From Macrostomum lignano (taxonomy: Eukaryota): 64,000 nucleotides of DNA. Each line of letters begins with the position of its first letter. Positions within the stretch are counted from its first letter, which is position 1. The position numbers and the translations under genes were made by a program. Under the pieces are notes generated by a model. It was not told where the DNA came from. It saw nothing but the letters and a program-made list of their open reading frames with translations, and did not search any database. Below, piece after piece: positions 55,801-64,000 of this stretch. The stretch is from assembly GCA_002269645.1 (NCBI GenBank), contig NIVC01000692.1:410689-474688 (forward strand), given 5' to 3'.

Positions 55801-58800
55801 CAGAGCCAGCTAATAGTGCAGCAGCTTCAGATACTGACAAGGTGGAGCCGGAGGCAGAGCGTGTCGATCAGCCAGCTAATAGTGCAGCAGCTTCAGACAC
55901 TGACCTGGTGGAGCCGGATGCAGAGCGTGTCGAACAGCCAGCTAATAGTGCAGCAGCTTCAAGTATTAACCAGGTGGAGCCGGATACAGAGCCAGCTAAT
56001 AATAGAGCAGCTTCAGACACTGACCAGGTGGAGCCGGATGCAGAGCGTGTCGATCAGCCAGCTAATAGTGCAGCAGCTTCAGATACTGACCTGGTGGAGC
56101 CGGATGCAGAGCGTGTCGATCAGCCAGCTAATAGTGGAGCAGCTTCAGATACTGACCTGGTGGAGCCGGATGCAGAGCGTGTCGATCAGCCAGCTAATAG
56201 TGGAGCAGCTTCAGATACTGACCTGGTGGAGCCGGAGGCAGAGCGTGTCGATCAGCCAGCTAATAGTGCAGCAGCTTCAGACACTGACCTGGTGGAGCCG
56301 GATGCAGAGCGTGTCGATCAGCCAGCTAATAGTGCAGCAGCTTCAGACGCTGACAAGGTGGAGCCGGAGGCAGAGCCAGCTAATAGTGGACCAGCTTCAG
56401 ACACTGACCTGGTGGAGCCGGATGCAGAGCGTGTCGATCAGCCAGCTAATAGTGGACCAGCTTCAGACACTGACCTGGTGGAGCCGGATGCAGAGCGTGT
56501 CGATCAGCCAGCTAATAGTGGAGCAGCTTCAGACGCTGACCTAGTGGAGCCGGATGCAGAGCGTGTCGATCAGCCAGCTAATAGTGCAGCAGCTTCAGAT
56601 ACTGACAAGGTGGAGCCGGATGCAGAGCGTGTCGAACAGCCAGCTAATAGTGCAGCAGCTTCAAGTATTAACCAGGTGGAGCCGGATACAGAGCCAGCTA
56701 ATAATGGAGCAGCTTCAGACACTGACCAGGTGGAGCCGGATGCAGAGCGTGTCGATCAGCCAGCTAATAGTGCAGCAGCTTCAGATACTGACAAGGTGGA
56801 GCCGGATGCAGAGCTTGTCGATCAGCCAGCTAATAGTGGAGCAGCTTCAGATACTGACCTGGTGGAGCCGGATGCAGAGCGTGTCGATCAGCCAGCTAAT
56901 AGTGCAGCAGCTTCAAGTATTAACCAGGTGGAGCCGGATGCAGAGCCAGCTAATAATGGAGCAGCTTCAGACACTGACCAGGTGGAGCCGGATGCAGAGC
57001 GTGTCGATCAGCCAGCTAATAGTGGAGCAGCTTCAGATACTGACCTGGTGGAGCCGGATGCAGAGCGTGTCGATCAGCCAGCTAATAGTGGAGCAGCTTC
57101 AGATACTGACCTGGTGGAGCCGGATGCTGAGCGTGTCGATCAGCCAGCTAAGAGTGCAGCAGCTTCAGACACTGACCTGGTGGAGCCGGATGCAGAGCGT
57201 GTTGATCAGCCAGCTAATAGTGCAGCAGCTTCAGACGCTGACAAGCTGGAGCCGGAGCAGAGCCAGCTAATAGTGGACCAGCTTCAGACACTGACCTGGT
57301 GGAGCCGGATGCAGAGCGTGTCGATCAGCCAGCTAATAGTGCAGCAGCTTCAGATACTGACAAGGTGGAGCCGGATGCAGAGCGTGTCGATCAGCCAGCT
57401 AATAGTGCAGCAGCTTCAAGTATTAACCAGGTGGAGCCGGATGCAGAGCCAGCTAATAATGGAGCAGCTTCAGACACTGACCAGGTGGAGCCGGATGCAG
57501 AGCGTGTCGATCAGCCAGCTAATAGTGGAGCAGCTTCAGATACTGACCTGGTGGAGCCGGATGCAGAGCGTGTCGATCAGCCAGCTAATAGTGGAGCAGC
57601 TTCAGATACTGACCTGGTGGAGCCAGATGCTGAGCGTGTCGATCAGCCAGCTAAGAGTGCAGCAGCTTCAGACACTGACCTGGTGGAGCCGGATGCAGAG
57701 CGTGTTGATCAGCCAGCTAATAGTGTAGCAGCTTCAGACGCTGACAAGGTGGAGCCGGATGCAGAGCCAGCTAATAATGGAGCAGCTTCAGATACTGACC
57801 TGGTGGAGCCGGATGCAGAGCGTGTCGATCAGCCAGCTAATAGTGCAGCAGCTTCAAGTATTAACCAGGTGGAGCCGGATGCAGAGCCAGCTAATAATGG
57901 AGCAGCTTCAGACACTGACCAGGTGGAGCCGGATGCAGAGCGTGTCGATCAGCCAGCTAATAGTGGACCAGCTTCAGACACTGACCTGGTGGAGCCGGAT
58001 GCAGAGCGTGTCGATCAGCCAGCTAATAGTGCAGCAGCTTCAGATACTGACCTGGTGGAGCCGGATGCAGAGCGTGTCGATCAGCCAGCTAATAGTGGAG
58101 CAGCTTCAGATACTGACAAGGTGGAGCCGGATGCAGAGCGTGTCGATCAGCCAGCTAATAGTGCAGCAGCTTCAGACACTGACCTGGTGGAGCCGGATGC
58201 AGAGCGTGTCCATCAGCCAGCTAATAGTGCAGCAGCTTCAGATACTGACCTGGTGGAGCCGGATGCAGAGCGTGTCGATCAGCCAGCTAATAGTGCAGCA
58301 GCTTCAGATACTGACAAGGTGGAGCCGGATGCAGAGCGTGTCGATCAGCCAGCTAATAGTGGAGCAGCTTCAGACGCTGACCTAGTGGAGCCGGATGCAG
58401 AGCGTGTCGATCAGCCAGCTAATAGTGCAGCAGCTTCAGACGCTGACCTGGTGGAGCCGGATGCTGAGCGTGTCGATCAGCCAGCTAATAGTGCAGCAGC
58501 TTCAGACGCTGACCTGGTGGAGCCGGAGGCAGAGCCAGCTAATAGTGGACCAGCTTCAGACACTGACCTGGTGGAGCCGGATGCAGAGCGTGTCGATCAG
58601 CCAGCTAATAGTGCAGCAGCTTCAGATACTGACCTGGTGGAGCCGGATGCAGAGCGTGTCGATCAGCCAGCTAATAGTGCAGCAGCTTCAGATACTGACC
58701 AGGTGGAGCCGGATGCAGAGCGTGTCGATCAGCCAGCTAATAGTGGAGCAGCTTCAGATACTGACCTGGTGGAGCCGGATGCAGAGCGTGTCGATCAGCC

Positions 58801-60785
58801 AGCTAATAGTGCAGCAGCTTCAGATACTGACAAGGTGGAGCCGGATGCAGAGCGTGTCGAACAGCCAGCTAATAGTGCAGCAGCTTCAAGTATTAACCAG
58901 GTGGAGCCGGATACAGAGCCAGCTAATAATAGAGCAGCTTCAGACACTGACCTGGTGGAGCCGGATGCAGAGCGTGTCGATCAGCCAGCTAATAGTGCAG
59001 CAGCTTCAGATACTGACCTGGTGGAGCCGGATGCAGAGTGTGTCGATCAGCCAGCTAATAGTGGAGCAGCTTCAGATACTGACCTGGTGGAGCCGGATGC
59101 AGAGCGTGTCGATCAGCCAGCTAATAGTGGAGCAGCTTCAGATACTGACCTGGTGGAGCCGGATGCAGAGCGTGTCGATCAGCCAGCTAATAGTGCAGCA
59201 GCTTCAAGTATTAACCAGGTGGAGCCGGATGCAGAGCCAGCTAATAATGGAGCAGCTTCAGACACTGACCAGGTGGAGCCGGATGCAGAGCGTGTCGATC
59301 AGCCAGCTACTAATGGAGCAGCTTCAGATACTGACCTGGTGGAGCTAGATGCAGAGCGTGTCGATCAGCCAGCTAATAGTGGAGCAGCTTCAGATACTGA
59401 CAAGGTGGAGCCGGATGCAGAGCGTGTCGATCAGCCAGCTAATAGTGCAGCAGCTTCAAGTATTAACCAGGTGGAGCCGGATGCAGAGCCAGCTAATAAT
59501 GGAGCAGCTTCAGACACTGACCAGGTGGAGCCGGATGCAGAGCGTGTCGATCAGCCAGCTACTAGTGGAGCAGCTTCAGATACTGACCTGGTGGAGCTAG
59601 ATGCAGAGCGTGTCGATCAGCCAGCTAATAGTGGAGCAGCTTCAGATACTGACAAGGTGGAGCCGGATGCAGAGCGTGTCGATCAGCCAGCTAAGAATGC
59701 AGCAGCTTCAGACACTGACCTGGTGGAGCCGGATGCAGAGCGTGTTGATCAGCCAGCTAATAGTGGAGCAGCTTCAGACACTGACCAGGTGGAGCCGGAG
59801 GCAGAGCCAGCTAATAGTGCAGCAGCTTCAGACAGTGACCTGGTGGAGCCGGAGGCAGAGCCAGCTAATAGTGCAGCAGCTTCAGACACTGACCTGGTGG
59901 AGCCGGAGGCAGAGCCAGCTAATAGTGCAGCAGCTTCAGACACTGACCTGGTGGAGCCGGAGGCAGAGCCAGCTAATAGTGCAGCAGCTTCAGACACTGA
60001 CCTGGTGGAGCCGGAGGCAGAGCCAGCTAATAGTGCAGCAGCTTCAGACACTGACCTGGTGGAGCCGGAGGCAGAGCCAGCTAATAGTGCAGCAGCTTCA
60101 GATACTGACCAGGTGGAGCCGGATGCAGAGCGTATCGATCAGCTAACTAAGAGTGGAGCAGCTTCAGGTGTTGATAAGGTGGATTTAAGTGCAGAGCCAG
60201 TTGATCACTCATCATCACAGTCCAGGGTAGTTACAGGTGTTTACCATGTAGAGCCAAAGGCAGGGCATTTCGTTCAGCCAGCTAAGAGTGAAGCACCTGT
60301 TGGTATTAACCAAGTGAAGCCCGGTGCAGAGCTTATTGATCAGTCAACTAATAGTGGATTGGATTCTGGTGTTTACGAGGTGGAACCGGAAGTAGAGCGT
60401 GTTGATCAATCATCTCAGTCCAGAGCAGTCGCAGGTGTTGACCAGGTGGAGCTAAATGCGGAACGTGTTGATCATCAAGATAAGAGTAAAGCAGCTTCAG
60501 GCGTTGACCAGGTGGAGCCGGATGCAGAGCGTGTTGATCAGCCAGCTAATAATGCAGCAGCTTCAGGTATTAACCAGGTGGAGTCGGATGCAGACCGCAT
60601 CGATCCCGGTGACCAAAAAGTGAGAGCTAAATAATTTTTTGAACGTTGTAAATTTTAGCATTTAGGCATTTAATTACTGAAGGAGTTTAAAATTTGTTTC
60701 GAATTGGCTGTGCTCTGATTTACAGAGTTCTACGCTGTCGGCACTGTTTGCTCGCACCCTGCGACGCGGGTGCTGCCCGCTGTAG
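49855..60785 (+). CDS. Giant (~3,200 aa if frame breaks are repaired) coiled-coil + acidic tandem-repeat protein with an FKBP15-C-terminal-like motif; exons 49855 (or 49814)-50166, 51061-51226, 51326-51481, 51573-51680, 51778-60619, 60726-60785
   Basis: GT-AG junctions give coiled-coil exons and LKAVANRIFRSARNRIDLNEEYLGETAIKSLLQIIR|EETLQAA. An ~8.8-kb exon is broken into three ORFs (51814, 53208, 57299) by two single-base slips, and 8842+2 nt restores phase 0 at the 60619 donor. The first exon may have upstream partners. Confidence 0.72.
50330..50520 (-). mobile_element. Degenerate non-LTR retrotransposon C-terminal CCHC zinc-knuckle relic in an intron
   Basis: Minus-strand translation ENCLFCLSSIVNAKHFISECPAFTRNRL fits the C-x2-C-x7-H-x4-CP motif at LINE ORF2 ends; the upstream frame is closed. 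Confidence 0.45.
55135..60590 (+). repeat. Coding tandem repeat of 66-bp (VEPDAERVDQPANSAAASDTDL) and 54-bp (VEPDAEPANSAAASDTDL) units
   Basis: Both unit lengths are multiples of 3 and grade into unique coding sequence at both ends; an estimated 80-90 units. Confidence 0.93.
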
Positions 60786-61094
60786 CTGTGCGGGACAGAC
60801 AAACTTCAAGAGAAAAAAGTAAAATTAGTAATAATTGTGCGCTGATTGGCAGCAATCGTAAAGAGCTGCGTTTACCTTAAGACTGAAAATTTTATTGAAA
60901 TCGATTTGCCGCTGAAAATTATCTTTGATCCTAAATTTTCAATCAATGTTGCGATCTCGATATTACATTTGAGTCTGATAGTACTCAACTGTTACCTGTA
61001 GCGCGTAGTTTGCATCACAGCTTATGAGCTGTCGCTTCTCCGACCTTATTTATCCCCAAGAAGTTGGGATGCTATAGTTTTAAAGCAGCATTCA

Positions 61095-63165
61095 GTCATG
61101 AGAAACAGGGATCCAATCTCCATAGGAAATAGGGATACTATCCCCATGCAAAAAAGGGATACCATCCCCATGGAAACAGGGATACCATCCCCATGGGAAA
61201 CAGGGACACATCCCCATGGGAAACAGAGACACATCCCCATGGGAAACAGAGACACATCCCCATGGGAAACAGAGACACATCCCCATGGGAAACAGAGACA
61301 CATCCCCATGGGAAACAGGGACACATCCCCATGGGAAACAGGGACACCATCCCCATGGGAAACAGGGACACATCCCCATGGGAAACAGAGACACATCCCC
61401 ATGGGAAACAGGGACACCATCCCCATGGGAAACAGGGACACCATCCCCATGGGAAACAGGGACACCATCCCCATGGGAAACAGGACACATCCCCATGGGA
61501 AACAGAGACACATCCCATAAGAAACAGAGACACATCCCCATGGGAAACAGAGACACATCCCCATGGGAAACAGAGACACATCCCTATGGGAAACAGAGAC
61601 ACATCCCCATGGGAAACAGAGACACCATCCCCATGGGAAACAGGGACACATCCCCATGGGAAACAGGGACACATCCCCATGGGAAACAGGGACACCATCA
61701 TCATGGGAAACAGGGACACATCCCCATGGGAAACAGAGACACATCCCCATGGGAAACAGGGACACATCCCCATGGGAAACAGGGACACCATCCCCATGGG
61801 AAACAGAGACACATCCCCATGGGAAACAGGGACACATCCCCATGGGAAACAGGGACACCATCATCATGGGAAACAGAGACACATCCCCATGGGAAACAGA
61901 GACACATCCCCATGGGAAACAGGGACACCATCCCCATGGGAAACAGGGACACCATCCCATAAGAAACAGGGACACCATCCCCATGGGAAACAGGGACACC
62001 ATCATCATGGGAAACAGAGACACATCCCCATGGGAAACAGAGACACATCCCCATAAGAAACAGAGACACATCCCCATGGGAAACAGAGACACATCCCCAT
62101 GGGAAACAGAGACACATCCCTATGGGAAACAGAGACACATCCCCATGGGAAACAGAGACACATCCCCATAAGAAACAGAGACACATCCCCATGGGAAACA
62201 GAGACACATCCCCATGGGAAACAGGGACACATCCCCATGGGAAACAGGGACACCATCATCATGGGAAACAGAGACACATCCCCATGGAAACAGAGACACA
62301 TCCCCATGGGAAACAGGGACACCATCCCCATGGGAAACAGGGACACATCCCCATGGGAAACAGAGACACATCCCCATGGGAAACAGGGACACCATCCCCA
62401 TGGGAAACAGGGACACCATCCCCATGGGAAACAGGGACACCATCCCCATGGGAAACAGGGACACATCCCCATGGGAAACAGAGACACATCCCATAAGAAA
62501 CAGAGACACATCCCCATGGGAAACAGAGACACATCCCCATGGGAAACAGAGACACATCCTATGGGAAACAGAGACACATCCCCATGGGAAACAGAGACAC
62601 CATCCCCATGGGAAACAGGGACACATCCCTATGGGAAACAGAGACACATCCCCATGGGAAACAGGGACACCATCCCCATGGGAAACAGGGACACATCCCA
62701 TGGGAAACAGGGACACATCCCCATGGGAAACAGGGACACCATCCCCATGGGAAACAGGGACACCATCCCCATAAGAAACAGGGACACCATCCCCATGGGA
62801 AACAGGGACACCATCATCATGGGAAACAGAGACACATCCCCATGGGAAACAGAGACACATCCCCATGGGAAACAGGGACACCATCCCCATGGGAAACAGG
62901 GACACCATCCCCATAAGAAACAGGGACACCATCCCCATGGGAAACAGGGACACCATCCCCATGGGAAACAGGGACACCATCATCATGGGAAACAGAGACA
63001 CATCCCCATGGGAAACAGAGACACATCCCATAAGAAACAGAGACACATCCCCATGGGAAACAGAGACACATCCCCATGGGAAACAGAGACACATCCCTAT
63101 GGGAAACAGAGACACATCCCCATGGGAAACAGAGACACCATCCCCATGGGAAACAGGGACACAAT
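61095..63165. repeat. 23-25-bp minisatellite (CCCCATGGGAAACAG[A/G]GACAC[C]AT), about 85 copies
   Basis: Units of variable length, nearly stop-free, which generates the many overlapping ORFs in the track. Confidence 0.96.
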
Positions 63166-64000
63166 ACCTATCATAGACCCAGCTCGCCGCACTGCCGCTC
63201 CGCAGGTGTGCCCGCTGTCAGCCAGGGGGCTCCGTCGTGCCGCTCTGCCTCTTCGCCTCTGTTTTCAACGCGAGCGGAAACTCGGTGGCGGGTATTGAGC
63301 TATAAACCTATTTATAAGATTTACAAGTATTTTTTATACTATTTTTTGATTGTTTGACGGCAAACAGTTTTGTTTAAAATACCTCAATTTTCGTGAATTT
63401 AACTTTTCAACTTTTTTACCCGCAATCATTTTGATCTAACAGTTTAATTGATATAGTGAAATAATTCAATTTGATTCATTCATTCAAAGTTTTTCTGTTT
63501 TTTTGATAGATTTTTTCCTAAGTTTGATTATTTTTTGATTGCAGCATTTAAAATTAGATAAAAATTGACAAAAAATTGGTGCTTTCGTCTCGAGTTAACT
63601 TATTTCTACGATTTACTCCTTGAGCAACTTGTCTACGACTTTTTAGATTAATATTATTCTACTCATACTGCTGATTAATACGATAGTTCATTGTTTAAAC
63701 ATTTCTAGACTATGCACTGGTTTTATTGTATTAAATTAATTTTTGTCAAATACAATCCCAGTCCTTGGCAAAACTTGTTTCTATTCAACTTCTCCATGGT
63801 GACAAAATGTTTGTTTTGCATTAGTTGATTACTTAAAGTAGTAAGTATTGAGGCTTTATGTGGTGATTGACCTAAAAAGCCGGGCCGTTTAGGGACTGCA
63901 TAGCTCTGTTTCCATTAGCACAGAAAACTTCCCCGAACTTATTTGATTGCTTCTAGAGGATATGCCTCGCAGTGGAATAATACTAATGTGCTTTTCTCAG

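Noticed and set aside
55159-60146. Alternative-frame ORFs (MQSVSISQLIVQQLQ...) over the coding repeat
   Set aside because: They are shadow frames of the 66/54-bp repeat. Only the VEPDAE frame is continuous with the flanking unique coding sequence.
63170-63310. GC-rich patch with AG/GT signals that could be an exon
   Set aside because: No frame gives a recognisable product and no partner exon was identified in the window.
61046-63357. Numerous overlapping His/Pro/Gly-rich or Cys/Val-rich ORFs
   Set aside because: They come from a nearly stop-free minisatellite whose variable unit length (23-25 bp) would scramble any real frame.

Overview
Eukaryotic (animal) genomic DNA with GT-AG introns, GC-rich exons and very dense intronic minisatellites. 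Gene content and repeat style fit a flatworm, most plausibly a free-living macrostomorph such as Macrostomum; this is inference and was not verified. Seven spliced genes were reconstructed by hand. (1) The 3' part of a phospholipid scramblase (+). (2) A two-domain GAPR-1/group-2-VAL-like CAP protein (-), with both conserved histidines replaced by Asn in both domains. (3) An NPY/NPF-type GPCR (-). (4) An EF-hand + dynein-light-chain tegument-allergen-like (TAL) protein (+). (5) An Nkx1/slouch homeobox gene (-). (6) A very divergent CK1-family kinase (-). (7) A roughly 3,200-aa acidic repeat protein with an FKBP15-like C-terminal motif and a terminal RRGCCPL exon (+). Mobile DNA comprises at least six copies of a tRNA-derived SINE, two RTE-type LINE 3' fragments and a LINE zinc-knuckle relic. 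Most long ORFs in the supplied track are artefacts of stop-free tandem repeats. The most unusual structure is a 53-bp array that has amplified the branch point, 3' splice site and start codon of the CAP gene about 16 times. Five inferred single-base deletions in coding exons look like long-read assembly errors.
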